DNA of 64,000 nucleotides, from positions 512,001-576,000 of the forward strand of contig JBFWLW010000001.1 in assembly GCA_050251945.1 (NCBI GenBank), given 5' to 3'. Both the position numbers and the translations under genes were made by a program. Shown here in pieces: positions 48,396 through 58,014 of this stretch; within the stretch, counting starts at the first letter, position 1; each line of letters begins with the position of its first letter. This DNA comes from Deferribacterales bacterium. GTDB lineage: Bacteria; Chrysiogenota; Deferribacteres; Deferribacterales; Geovibrionaceae. The notes beneath the pieces are model-generated. The model did not search any database. It worked only from the letters and a program-made list of their open reading frames with translations, and was not told the origin of the DNA.

Positions 48396-48919
48396 TTGCT
48401 TTGTACTTTGATTGTTGCCATTGATCGAAAATAAATGTCTAATTCACATGGCTTGACTTTATCTATCTTTGCCATTGTAATAAATACATCATATGAGTTT
48501 GGAGCTTCATATGCCATTTCAGTGAGGGATGGCAAAAAAGCTTTTAAACATGCCATATCCTTATTGGCTATTACATCTTTGGTCAAACTTATTGAAAATA
48601 TTTCAAGATCCATAGGTTGGTCATAGATAATTGCCATATCTGTGAACACTTTCATTACTGTTGGCATTATAGTTTGCATAGTATACAACATTTTCAACCT
48701 TTCTTCATTTATCTCAATAGGTTGCGGTCGGCTATTTGAGTTTGATAATTCAGTTATCTGAAAATGCTCAGATAGATATTTTTGTTCAGAGACTAGACAT
48801 TCAATTGTATTTTTGTCATGGAAGCAAGGAGAGTGAATATTTAACTCATCTGCTAGAGAGATGCTAAAGGAAAACAAACAACTTAATAATAAATATATCT
48901 TTTTCATTTTATACCTCAA
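48392..48919 (-). CDS. Hypothetical exported protein
   Basis: Signal peptide; AT-rich. Confidence 0.6.
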   Translation of the reverse strand: MRYKMKKIYLLLSCLFSFSISLADELNIHSPCFHDKNTIECLVSEQKYLSEHFQITELSNSNSRPQPIEINEERLKMLYTMQTIMPTVMKVFTDMAIIYDQPMDLEIFSISLTKDVIANKDMACLKAFLPSLTEMAYEAPNSYDVFITMAKIDKVKPCELDIYFRSMATIKVQSK

Positions 48920-48935
48920 ATTCTAATTTTATTCT

Positions 48936-49235
48936 TCACTGATTAGAAGATTTATTCTTTTCAATAAATGCGAGATACTCTTCGCAGCTAAAGTCCTTCA
49001 CCCTAGCCACTTCGGAAACAGTATCATATACCTCAGGATAAGAATATCTCATCCCTAAAAGTATCCCGTACAGTTTTTCAGGACATTGCTTCTCTTCATC
49101 GATGATTTTCTGAAGTGCTGCGCCGTCAAAAGCGTGGTTTTGTTTCTGTTCACTCTTCAGATTCCAAAATATAATGCCAAATACAAAAATAACTCCTACT
49201 ACTGCATAAATAATATGCGTTAATCTCGTTTTCAT
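48936..49235 (-). CDS. Hypothetical membrane protein
   Basis: GGAGG RBS; N-terminal TM. Confidence 0.6.
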   Translation of the reverse strand: MKTRLTHIIYAVVGVIFVFGIIFWNLKSEQKQNHAFDGAALQKIIDEEKQCPEKLYGILLGMRYSYPEVYDTVSEVARVKDFSCEEYLAFIEKNKSSNQ

Positions 49236-49245
49236 GATGACCTCC

Positions 49246-49953
49246 TTATTTTATCATCTGCCTTATCACAGGATCCGCACCGCTGATGACTTTACCGTCT
49301 ATGATAAAGAATGGCGTACCGCGCACTCCAAGCTGCTGTGCTACATCCATCATCTTTTTCAGCGTTGTTTTGCCGGCTTCACAGGTGTCAGTCTTGAATG
49401 AATCGGCTTTGCCTTCAGATACGGCTTTCAATACCTTCTCGTATTCTGTTGCAGAATCTTTTGAACAGAGGATGTGTACCGAAAGGCGCTCGGCGTTTTT
49501 ATGGAATGAAAGAGGGAAGAAATAAATATAACGATTGACGTCGGCATCCTTGAAGAATTCCTCTGCTTTAAGACAATACGGACACTCCGGGTCAGTGATT
49601 TCTATAACCTCTTTTTTGCCGCTGCCGACTTTCAGAGCTATGGATTTGTCAATCTGATTCGCCATTTTCGCCGTCAGACCGTTGATTTTTTCCTGAGTGA
49701 TATCTTTGCCAGTGAAATCGAACATGTGTCCCATAAGGATGTAGCTGCCATCTGAATACATGATGTTCCCGCCGGCAACAACTTCATAAAGTCCCGGAAT
49801 CTCCGACTCTATAACATCCGTGATTTTGAAGTTTGTAAACTGCTCTGTCAGCTTGCGTTTAACATCTTCAGCCTTATCACTCGCGTAAGCACTGAGAGCC
49901 AGACACAAGCATAAAATAATTAAAAGGATCTTCTTTTTCATAATAAACTCCAT
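49246..49953 (-). CDS. dsbC: DsbC-family disulfide isomerase
   Basis: IPGLYEV, TDPECPYC, GVRGTP. Confidence 0.9.
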   Translation of the reverse strand: MEFIMKKKILLIILCLCLALSAYASDKAEDVKRKLTEQFTNFKITDVIESEIPGLYEVVAGGNIMYSDGSYILMGHMFDFTGKDITQEKINGLTAKMANQIDKSIALKVGSGKKEVIEITDPECPYCLKAEEFFKDADVNRYIYFFPLSFHKNAERLSVHILCSKDSATEYEKVLKAVSEGKADSFKTDTCEAGKTTLKKMMDVAQQLGVRGTPFFIIDGKVISGADPVIRQMIK

Positions 49954-50255
49954 TTCTTTTTATTCTCTTCCGGAGCGATAAACTCATTTCCGGTATACAG
50001 CGCTCTTTCTTCAAACATTGCAGACTTATATGATTGCCCGTTCAGCATCCGCCTTATAACAGCCAAATGTACACTAAGAGGAATAATCGCAAGATGTGGC
50101 GGATGTCTTTGACTATCTTCAAATAATGCCTGCCATTCCTCAATATTCTCAACAGCTTCTCTCTTCGATGCATTTCTGATAAAAGTGTCAATGAGACTGA
50201 TTGACACAGCTCTATATGCCTCACACTGGTTCTTATATGATGCTGCTGTTTTCAT
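49938..50255 (-). CDS. Hypothetical protein
   Basis: Overlapping ORF in operon. Confidence 0.55.
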   Translation of the reverse strand: MKTAASYKNQCEAYRAVSISLIDTFIRNASKREAVENIEEWQALFEDSQRHPPHLAIIPLSVHLAVIRRMLNGQSYKSAMFEERALYTGNEFIAPEENKKKWSLL

Positions 50256-50484
50256 TTGTCCCCATAATCGTTGTCAGCATTCCCCTTCCCTTTGGGCTTA
50301 ACGAAAAATACAATATACCGCCCTTTTCCGATGCAGTTATAAGCCCTTCTTTGCGCAGATTATGAAAGCAAACCCATGTGGACATGATGCATGCCTTATG
50401 GATCTCCGTTGTCAACTCATCGAAGGACAATTCCGTAGTCTCCAGAACAAGTGCGACTTTCTGCATCTCATGCGACATTATCAT
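50233..50484 (-). CDS. Small wHTH-like hypothetical protein
   Basis: LRKEGLI...YFSLSPKG. Confidence 0.5.
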   Translation of the reverse strand: MIMSHEMQKVALVLETTELSFDELTTEIHKACIMSTWVCFHNLRKEGLITASEKGGILYFSLSPKGRGMLTTIMGTNENSSII

Positions 50485-50813
50485 GCAAGTTCCTTGGCTC
50501 GTTTGTACTCTTTAAAGCCGCATTTTTTATGAATCTTTGCGACTACCCTATCCAGCTCTCTGGCTTTATCGTAAAACTCCTGAATAAGACTCGTTACTTC
50601 CTCAGCTGAATATCCTTCCTGAAACAACCTTGTCTTCAGCGTGCTTATCGCGATATCAGCTTGTGACATTATCAGATAAAGGATGTGGCTCTCCGGAGTA
50701 CGTGTTAACATCACTTTTGAATCGGGGCGTTTTGCCATCTCAAGTTTGCGATCCAGAGTGTTTTGCCTGTGTGCCTGCTTATCCTTTTTATTCAGTGAAT
50801 TATTTTCTGCCAT
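50481..50813 (-). CDS. Hypothetical protein, weak resemblance to DUF1845/AcaB-type regulators
   Basis: TRTPESHILYLIMSQADIAI; helical. Confidence 0.5.
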   Translation of the reverse strand: MAENNSLNKKDKQAHRQNTLDRKLEMAKRPDSKVMLTRTPESHILYLIMSQADIAISTLKTRLFQEGYSAEEVTSLIQEFYDKARELDRVVAKIHKKCGFKEYKRAKELA

Positions 50814-51504
50814 AGCCTTTCTCCATAGTTTTCTTTTTATTTTCCGACCTGAAGTAAAATACCCAGCAAGCCGCTATATAAGCGATACATATGAAAAAGA
50901 TCCAAAGAGAGCTTGAAATAAGCACTTCTTTTGCATCCTGAATCCAGTAGAAGATCTTCGTGCGGATATCTGCGGGGATGAAACCGAGTTTATCAAGAAC
51001 GATGTATACATTCCGCTCAGTAAAAACCATGAAATAAAGAAGGTGATATACGATAACTGACAACATTGCTTTGATTATGCTGCCGATGCTCACTCCTGTG
51101 TACAGATTTGCGAGCATCCGTTTTGTTATTTCTCCTGCATTGAATGTTGCCGCATATCCGTAAAAAAAGACATATGCAAGGCTGAACATAAGCGTTACGG
51201 CAAATATATAGACAGTATCAAGCATGGTTCGCTCCGCGTGTCCGAAGAGATGTACTTTGTCCATAAGAACGCCCATCAGCACCGGCATAAAAAGTATCGT
51301 GAAAAGACCGCCGTGCAACACACTTTTAAATCCAAGCATGAAGTATTCCATCTGCATATCGAGCGTGAAATAGTCTTTTGGGATATTACTTCCGCCGGAC
51401 TCCGCAACTGAATATCTCTGGATTTCAGATACAGCCTCAAGCATATTCAACGGTTTATGCCTTTCGCCGCCGACTTCAACAGGAACAACAGTTTCGTTGC
51501 TCAT
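50800..51504 (-). CDS. Multi-TM conjugation-associated membrane protein
   Basis: Four hydrophobic segments; probable start MSNETVV. Confidence 0.7.
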   Translation of the reverse strand: MSNETVVPVEVGGERHKPLNMLEAVSEIQRYSVAESGGSNIPKDYFTLDMQMEYFMLGFKSVLHGGLFTILFMPVLMGVLMDKVHLFGHAERTMLDTVYIFAVTLMFSLAYVFFYGYAATFNAGEITKRMLANLYTGVSIGSIIKAMLSVIVYHLLYFMVFTERNVYIVLDKLGFIPADIRTKIFYWIQDAKEVLISSSLWIFFICIAYIAACWVFYFRSENKKKTMEKGYGRK

Positions 51505-51707
51505 AAAGCCCCCCGGAAGAACGCATAAACGGAATATCCTACAGCCACCGCAACAGAAGCTAAAACACAAACTCCACCCGCTCTGGGAATCCTGCGTTTA
51601 AACGTTAACCACCCGCCGAGAAGAAACAGTAAAACGGCTATCAATACCGCTACGTTGCCCGAAAAACTTTTAAAAATTATTTCCGTAAATCTGGCATAGC
51701 TTTCCAT
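51501..51707 (-). CDS. Small membrane protein
   Basis: AGGAG RBS, two TM segments. Confidence 0.55.
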   Translation of the reverse strand: MESYARFTEIIFKSFSGNVAVLIAVLLFLLGGWLTFKRRIPRAGGVCVLASVAVAVGYSVYAFFRGAL

Positions 51708-51715
51708 GTGTACTC

Positions 51716-53875
51716 CTATTGTTCCGTACTGCTGCAAATCATATCTTTAACTGCATCCGTGATTGAGCTGAAAAGACTTATTACTTCATTGAAACTGTTC
51801 GTACATGCGCAGCCTGATAAAAGTGTTTCAGATGCACTGTCATAGGGACACGTTCTTGCTCCGGTGGAGTAATCAGTACCGCATGGACGTTGTTCTTGCA
51901 CCACTGCAGAGGTGTCAGAACGTGTTTCCTGATCAGGAAACACCGTTGTGTCCTGATTCCCGGTTTGTACAGTACATGTATATGAACAGGTCTCATAGCT
52001 ATCAAAATCCAGCTTCACGTTGCCTGAAGCAACTCCGTCTTCCGTGATATAGCTGAAATCGCCGGAATCTTTATCAAGCGTCCCGCCAACCATATCTGCC
52101 TGTGCCTTTGCCCCTGAAAAATCGTATGAAGTGCCATCTTGGCACACATAAGTGCGCTTAATTGAAAACCACTCAAGACCGTCATTTTTTGATGAAACTA
52201 TCTCAGTGGAATTAGACGAAATTGCTTGAAAGCTATTACCTGAATCACAGAGCATAAACTGATTATAAGTAGCTGAAACAGTCTTACAGACACTCTGTGG
52301 AGATATGTTCATTTGGGTATAGTTTACAATAGTGTCAGTATCATTGACAATTTCGCTTTCTAACCTGCAATCCGAGTCCTGCGCTAAAGCCGCACATGAA
52401 TTATTTCTGGAGATATGAACCGTTTCATTTCTTGTCATAGTAAGCATCATAGAAGTGTAAGAGTTATTGGCAGTACCGTATTTCCCTACATCAGCGTAAT
52501 GAGATAATTGACAAACAGATTCTGAACAAGAAATAGAATAATAAAGAAGCGCACTTACTGTACCACCATCTGAACCCCAACTTACTTTTACAGTGGCACC
52601 AGAACTCTGATCTCCGCCAGAGTAATTGTTCAATATTACGGACTGCCATCCATTTGATGAATCATAATCACATCGAAAATAGCTTTCTCCCTGTAATTCA
52701 CAATCCAGTTTAAAACGTACTTTTTCACCACGCCCGTCGCCATCTTCATCAATACACTGATAATGTTCAGTAAATTGCCTATCTGAATACCCTGTTCGTT
52801 GAACTATCTTTGTTGTGACACCACTGGGAGTACACCAGTATTCAGCTGTACTACCAGTCTCAACAATCGGGGTATTAGTAATTGAACATTCATGGACTGA
52901 AGCTGTTTTATTCGTCTGAGAAATCATTGTGTTATACATACTATCAGAATCTGCCATCTGCTCTGTCAGTTTATCGTCGTAATCAATATTTCCGGTCTGA
53001 TAGAAGCTCTTCAGCTCGTCAACAGTATCATCTGACAAATCAGTACACGAAGCCGCAGAAGCGGCGTAATATTTGACTGACAGAGTGGACACGTCAACAT
53101 CTGTGTTAGTGAGCGCCAATCCCAATTCTGACATCATGTGCCCGGTGAGTGCGCCGCCGAAATAGCTCAACGCGTTATGAAATACTCCGTTAAAACTGCT
53201 ACCACATGACGCGTTGGAACAGAAACAGCCACCGGCGTGGCGCATTTCTGTAACACTTCTCTGAAATGCCAGAGTTTTATTATCAGAAGGCTTGCATACG
53301 CCGGAACACGCCGCATCACATTCTCTGTATGTGTTGTATTCAGTCCCGCCGTTGCATTTATGCTTAATGCCGAATTCGTAGTATTTGCAGTTCTGAAATG
53401 TTCCGGGAGTACAACTGACATACCCATTTGTACAGAATCCCGATATATTTGATGTTGTAAAACTTGTGTCCGCGGTGCCGTCCAAGTCAGTGTCGTATGT
53501 AATTTTAAGGCTGACTTCGCCGCCTGCAGGAAAAGTATACGGCTGCACTGTTACAGCCTCGGTTGACGACGTACACTGGAGTTTCGCGTCAAAAGAATAA
53601 ATCACACACGACTGAGAACAGGCGGCAGCACATTCACTCTGAGTTTCATACGCTGTGTCTTTATCCTGGCATTTCCATGATTCCTGCAAAGTGTTCATTT
53701 TAACGCCCTCGCCAACAAGAGGGTTATACAGTTTAGTTTTTATGTTTGATTGGCTCGAATATGTATCAGAAAGGGATTTACCGATAGTTTTACCGCTATT
53801 TGTCGCGTCGGATTTATCATCCGCATATGAAAAAAAAGGCAAAAATAACAGCGCACACACCAGAATGTATTTCAT
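51716..53875 (-). CDS. TraN-like Cys-rich exported protein (N-terminal-type part)
   Basis: Signal peptide, DATNSGK start, many Cys; next to trbC. Confidence 0.6.
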   Translation of the reverse strand: MKYILVCALLFLPFFSYADDKSDATNSGKTIGKSLSDTYSSQSNIKTKLYNPLVGEGVKMNTLQESWKCQDKDTAYETQSECAAACSQSCVIYSFDAKLQCTSSTEAVTVQPYTFPAGGEVSLKITYDTDLDGTADTSFTTSNISGFCTNGYVSCTPGTFQNCKYYEFGIKHKCNGGTEYNTYRECDAACSGVCKPSDNKTLAFQRSVTEMRHAGGCFCSNASCGSSFNGVFHNALSYFGGALTGHMMSELGLALTNTDVDVSTLSVKYYAASAASCTDLSDDTVDELKSFYQTGNIDYDDKLTEQMADSDSMYNTMISQTNKTASVHECSITNTPIVETGSTAEYWCTPSGVTTKIVQRTGYSDRQFTEHYQCIDEDGDGRGEKVRFKLDCELQGESYFRCDYDSSNGWQSVILNNYSGGDQSSGATVKVSWGSDGGTVSALLYYSISCSESVCQLSHYADVGKYGTANNSYTSMMLTMTRNETVHISRNNSCAALAQDSDCRLESEIVNDTDTIVNYTQMNISPQSVCKTVSATYNQFMLCDSGNSFQAISSNSTEIVSSKNDGLEWFSIKRTYVCQDGTSYDFSGAKAQADMVGGTLDKDSGDFSYITEDGVASGNVKLDFDSYETCSYTCTVQTGNQDTTVFPDQETRSDTSAVVQEQRPCGTDYSTGARTCPYDSASETLLSGCACTNSFNEVISLFSSITDAVKDMICSSTEQ

Positions 53876-54630
53876 CTGTAATACCCGTCTGACCTGAGCA
53901 TTTCTATCAATGTCGCGGCGGAATCTGCACCTGCCGCTTTGAAATGTTCGAGAACATACTCAAGGGTTGTATCTCCTGATAATTTCAGGAAATCATTTTC
54001 AGAAAGTTTTTCGCCTTTTGAAGCCATCATCATTATCTCTGAGTAAGGCTTTTTGGACATGACGAACGCCGGAACAGCCTTTATTGAAAAGGTACGGAAC
54101 AAATAAGGGTTCAGATCGGTGCGCACAATCATACAGTCAACGTTCTCTTCCTTCAGCTCATCAACGTTCTTTCCGCATGAGATTCTTGTCAGCAGATTTA
54201 CAGTCGGCATGATATAACTGATACTTCCAACAGTTCCGTTAAGCACCATAGTTGCCGGAGGAATGTTTTTGAGTTGCGATGCATAATACCTGAGTGTTTC
54301 TTCGGGCATCGATGAGCTTATAAAGACATAAAGTTCGATATCGCCAAGGTTTTTCTGTTCATAGCACGTTTCCTCAGGTTCATCGTATCCGAACCCCTCT
54401 GTCAGCTTGCTCTTCCATGTCTTAACGCTATCCAGCAATTCAGGCATCCCGTCTTTTTCAAAATCGCTGACCTTCTTTTCAATCGCAGAATCTTTGATTA
54501 TAGGAATTTCAATAGGTTCTGCTTTTTTGAGGTCATGAAGTTTTTTTACCAGATCTGGATTGAGGCTCTGCGGTTCTTCCGCAAAAGCTCTAAAACACAG
54601 GAGTAACAGTACCAATAATATTTTTTTCAT
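53872..54630 (-). CDS. trbC: TrbC F-type pilus assembly protein
   Basis: YVFISSSMPEETL, LNPYLFRTFSIKAVPAFV, LSGDTTLEYVLE. Confidence 0.88.
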   Translation of the reverse strand: MKKILLVLLLLCFRAFAEEPQSLNPDLVKKLHDLKKAEPIEIPIIKDSAIEKKVSDFEKDGMPELLDSVKTWKSKLTEGFGYDEPEETCYEQKNLGDIELYVFISSSMPEETLRYYASQLKNIPPATMVLNGTVGSISYIMPTVNLLTRISCGKNVDELKEENVDCMIVRTDLNPYLFRTFSIKAVPAFVMSKKPYSEIMMMASKGEKLSENDFLKLSGDTTLEYVLEHFKAAGADSAATLIEMLRSDGYYR

Positions 54631-55054
54631 CTAAAAAACCCCATATACGAGAATCGTAACTTCTGAAATGTGTTCCGGTCATGAAATATTTTCCGGAAGG
54701 GACAGCTCCATTGAAATAGAATTTCATATTCTTTGGATCACGGCGTATTGCAACGAGAACGCCATCGCAATAAAAGGCGTTATCATCACTTGACAAGTGA
54801 TTGCCACTAACACAGGCAATTTTTTTCACTAGCTTCGCATCTTCAGGTAAAATGTTAAGCGGATCCGCCTGACTCCTAAAAAGTATATAATCCCCTTCAT
54901 GAAATTCCCTCTTTGACTTATTAATGACATAGAGGGTAAATGGCACCGATTTTGTGATATTCACCCCGATGTTACTCAACGTCATGTACATAATCAAATA
55001 CCCCCCCCCTATCAAAGCAGTAATAAACAACAGTCGTTTTTTCACTGATTTCAT
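54590..55054 (-). CDS. S26 conjugative signal peptidase (TrhF/TraF-like)
   Basis: VNITKSVP, LVKKIAC, RSYDSRIWG. Confidence 0.88.
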   Translation of the reverse strand: MKSVKKRLLFITALIGGGYLIMYMTLSNIGVNITKSVPFTLYVINKSKREFHEGDYILFRSQADPLNILPEDAKLVKKIACVSGNHLSSDDNAFYCDGVLVAIRRDPKNMKFYFNGAVPSGKYFMTGTHFRSYDSRIWGFLDEKNIIGTVTPVF

Positions 55055-58014
55055 TGGCTTACCCCTGTGGGCAGAGTTATATTCTCAAAGGTCTCTTTGA
55101 TGTTATTTGTGATGTTCTCGTTAAGCTCCGGGACAACATACTCTTCTATCCATTCATCAAAGCTGATTTTACTGAAATCCAGTTTTTGAAACTCTTCCGG
55201 AGTGAATCCGCGACAATTCGGTGCTTTTGCGCTACCCCAACCGATATCAAGCTGAGGTCTGCCCTGCTCAATTATGATCCTTGCAAGCGCACTGCCGAAA
55301 CAGCAGTAAGTCTTTTTCTTTTGCACACACACGCCGACCCATTTTTCAGAGCAATATTCCCCCACTTCATGGCACTGTCCATCAAGTTTTCCCCAGCTCC
55401 GCAGAGATGAAAGCATTTGTTCCTTCGGATTGCATTTCGCAAGTCCGAGCCAATCCTTTTTCTTCTTACAACAATCAGAAAATCCTGTCTGCGCTCCGGG
55501 TTTCCGGCATCTGTTGTCGTTGCCGTTGAATATATAAATACTTCCCAAACAATTGCCTTCATCGTCTGTTTCTCCATCGGCAAGGATATCGTTTGCTCCT
55601 TCAGTGGTATCATCATTCGTGTAATTTGATTCATCCGTTGCGTTGTAGCATGGATATTTACTGCACTTCCACTGCCCGCCAGTCTCAATACATGGCTGAC
55701 CGTTGTAAGGACATGCATACCCGGTAAGGCATTGGTTCTGCGCGGAATTATAGCTTCCGCTTGAACATGTTGGATTGTTTTCACACAGTTTTAGAGAGGA
55801 ATTGTATGTGTAGTCCGTGGCACAGGTTATAGTCGGCAACTGTGCGCACTTGTCGATTGTGCTTGAATAACTTCCCGCTGAACAACTTGGCGCGAGTTCA
55901 CATTTATCCGTTGAGGCGTTAAACGTATAACCCGCCGAACAAAGTGCCGCAGCATAGAGTATACATGTATCCAGTGTAGCGTCATATACTCCGGACGAGC
56001 AAACTGGAGCTGAGTAACACACATTCCCACTCATTGCATAACCATTTGGGCATGATGAAGCAACTGTAAGAGCGCATTTGTCAGTTGCTGTGTTGAGTAG
56101 TCCACCTGAGCCACACGTTGGCGAAGAGACGCACATATTCAGTGCTGAATCATACGATGTACCTGATATGCAGTCTTTTGTTGTAGATATCTCACAGCGA
56201 TTTGTAGAATTGTTATATACCCCGCCACCGGAGCAAACAGGGGCGCTGATGCATTGTGAGCCTGATGCCGTAGTTCCGGCTGCGCATCCTGCTGCAAGAC
56301 ATGATGCTGCCTGCACACATGATGAGCCATTATATGTATAACCAGTTGGGCAGGTATCATCAACCCATTGCCCTAATTTAACATCAGTTAATGCCGTACC
56401 ACTTGCTAAATGATATTGCATATGGACAGAACCATCTGCTGCGTACCACCAAACAGTGTAAGCTCCTCCAGAATACGTTTCGGTATAAGAACTGCCACGA
56501 TTTACTGTGTATAAAGATTCTCCTGGTAGTGTTTTTATTATTACTACTGACTCAGAACCGGTTAACTCGACATTATCAATTTGTGCTGATGATACAACAA
56601 AACCGCCAATACTTGGCACTGACGTATAACATTTACTGATACATGAGGTGCTTGAACTGTAAAGAGTTCCGGTTACTGAACATGTGTAATTATTCGATGC
56701 CTCACACCTGTCCGCACTTGAGTTAAACGAACCTGTCAGACATGTTGGCGTTGAGATACATGTGCTACCAGATAAAGTGTAATCTACTGGGCAGCTTAAA
56801 GTTGCCGAAGCGAGACATTTGTTTTTGCTGGCATTATATGTTGTACCGCTCGGACAGACCGGTGCAGCTTCGCAAACTCCAGTTGAAGAATTGTATGTGT
56901 ATCCTGCGGAGCATGTGTATGTTACAGCAAACTCACACCGATCTGTAGATGTGTTATATGTTCCTGCGGAGCAATCAGGGGTTTTAACGCACCCGTTGTT
57001 CGTTGCATCATATGCGTATCCGGATGGGCAACTTCCTGTTCCAAGAATTACCTCACAGAGGTCTGTTGCTCCGTTCAGTATGCCGCCGGTCGCACATGTG
57101 GCAGACATCACACAACGTTCCAGCGATGAGTCGAAACTCATGTTTGCATGACAGAGTATATTTCTCGCTAACTCACATTTATCAGACGCTGTATTTAGAA
57201 CTCCCCCGCTGCCGCAACTCGAATTTGCCCACTCAGCATCACAGGTCGCCTGCGCCTGCGGGCAGAGATATCCGCCAGAGGTTCCCTCCGTACATTGGTA
57301 TATTTCAGTTGAGTCGGTGCAGAGATAGCATTTATCGGGATTATCAGTGCAATAAGAACTTATCATATCATCGGGTTCAACTTTCTCTGTTGGCATAGTC
57401 CCAGTAACACATCCAAGCTGTCCGTTGAATTCTACAAGAGCCGGATGGTTCATAGGCTGTCCGGAGTGTTCCCCGGTGTCACTCCATCTGCCTTCGCCAT
57501 CCATCAGAACCCAGTGTTCGCCGTAAACGGTAACGTTACCGATGTCGCTGCCGCTCACTGCGTTATCCGGCTGCCCAGAAGCCCAATTTCTGTGATTGAG
57601 CAAAGTACCGTCACGCCACTCAAAACGCGTGTCGCCTGTTGAACCCAGATTCTGGGTTTTGTCAGGATCGTACAACCCTATCCACGCCGATGAAGCTCCG
57701 CTGTAACTCACAATATGCTTCAGCAGTGTGTTTATATCTGCATTACGGACAATCGCTGAGGACTGAAAAGAAGTCCACGCCCCCTCGGTTTGCGTGAGCG
57801 CGTATGTCGTATTTGTTGAATTGTCATAGACAAAGTTTTTATATGACGAGCTGCATGTGCCACCGGAAGAAACCAGCTCTGTACAGCTTTCAGCGCATTG
57901 AGACTCGCAAAACGCCAGAGAATCATATGTTGCACCGTTATCCGAACAGAGCGCAGGCGCGCCGAACGAAACTGAGGCCCAAAGGAATATCAATAACAGT
58001 ATGGATTTTTTCAT
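55051..58014 (-). CDS. traN: TraN with N-terminal C-type-lectin-like domain and Cys-rich repeats
   Basis: CHEVGEYC...YCCFGSALARIIIEQGRPQL...CRGFTPEEFQKLDFSKI; AWIGL...FEWRDG...NWASGQPDN. Confidence 0.88.
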   Translation of the reverse strand: MKKSILLLIFLWASVSFGAPALCSDNGATYDSLAFCESQCAESCTELVSSGGTCSSSYKNFVYDNSTNTTYALTQTEGAWTSFQSSAIVRNADINTLLKHIVSYSGASSAWIGLYDPDKTQNLGSTGDTRFEWRDGTLLNHRNWASGQPDNAVSGSDIGNVTVYGEHWVLMDGEGRWSDTGEHSGQPMNHPALVEFNGQLGCVTGTMPTEKVEPDDMISSYCTDNPDKCYLCTDSTEIYQCTEGTSGGYLCPQAQATCDAEWANSSCGSGGVLNTASDKCELARNILCHANMSFDSSLERCVMSATCATGGILNGATDLCEVILGTGSCPSGYAYDATNNGCVKTPDCSAGTYNTSTDRCEFAVTYTCSAGYTYNSSTGVCEAAPVCPSGTTYNASKNKCLASATLSCPVDYTLSGSTCISTPTCLTGSFNSSADRCEASNNYTCSVTGTLYSSSTSCISKCYTSVPSIGGFVVSSAQIDNVELTGSESVVIIKTLPGESLYTVNRGSSYTETYSGGAYTVWWYAADGSVHMQYHLASGTALTDVKLGQWVDDTCPTGYTYNGSSCVQAASCLAAGCAAGTTASGSQCISAPVCSGGGVYNNSTNRCEISTTKDCISGTSYDSALNMCVSSPTCGSGGLLNTATDKCALTVASSCPNGYAMSGNVCYSAPVCSSGVYDATLDTCILYAAALCSAGYTFNASTDKCELAPSCSAGSYSSTIDKCAQLPTITCATDYTYNSSLKLCENNPTCSSGSYNSAQNQCLTGYACPYNGQPCIETGGQWKCSKYPCYNATDESNYTNDDTTEGANDILADGETDDEGNCLGSIYIFNGNDNRCRKPGAQTGFSDCCKKKKDWLGLAKCNPKEQMLSSLRSWGKLDGQCHEVGEYCSEKWVGVCVQKKKTYCCFGSALARIIIEQGRPQLDIGWGSAKAPNCRGFTPEEFQKLDFSKISFDEWIEEYVVPELNENITNNIKETFENITLPTGVSQ

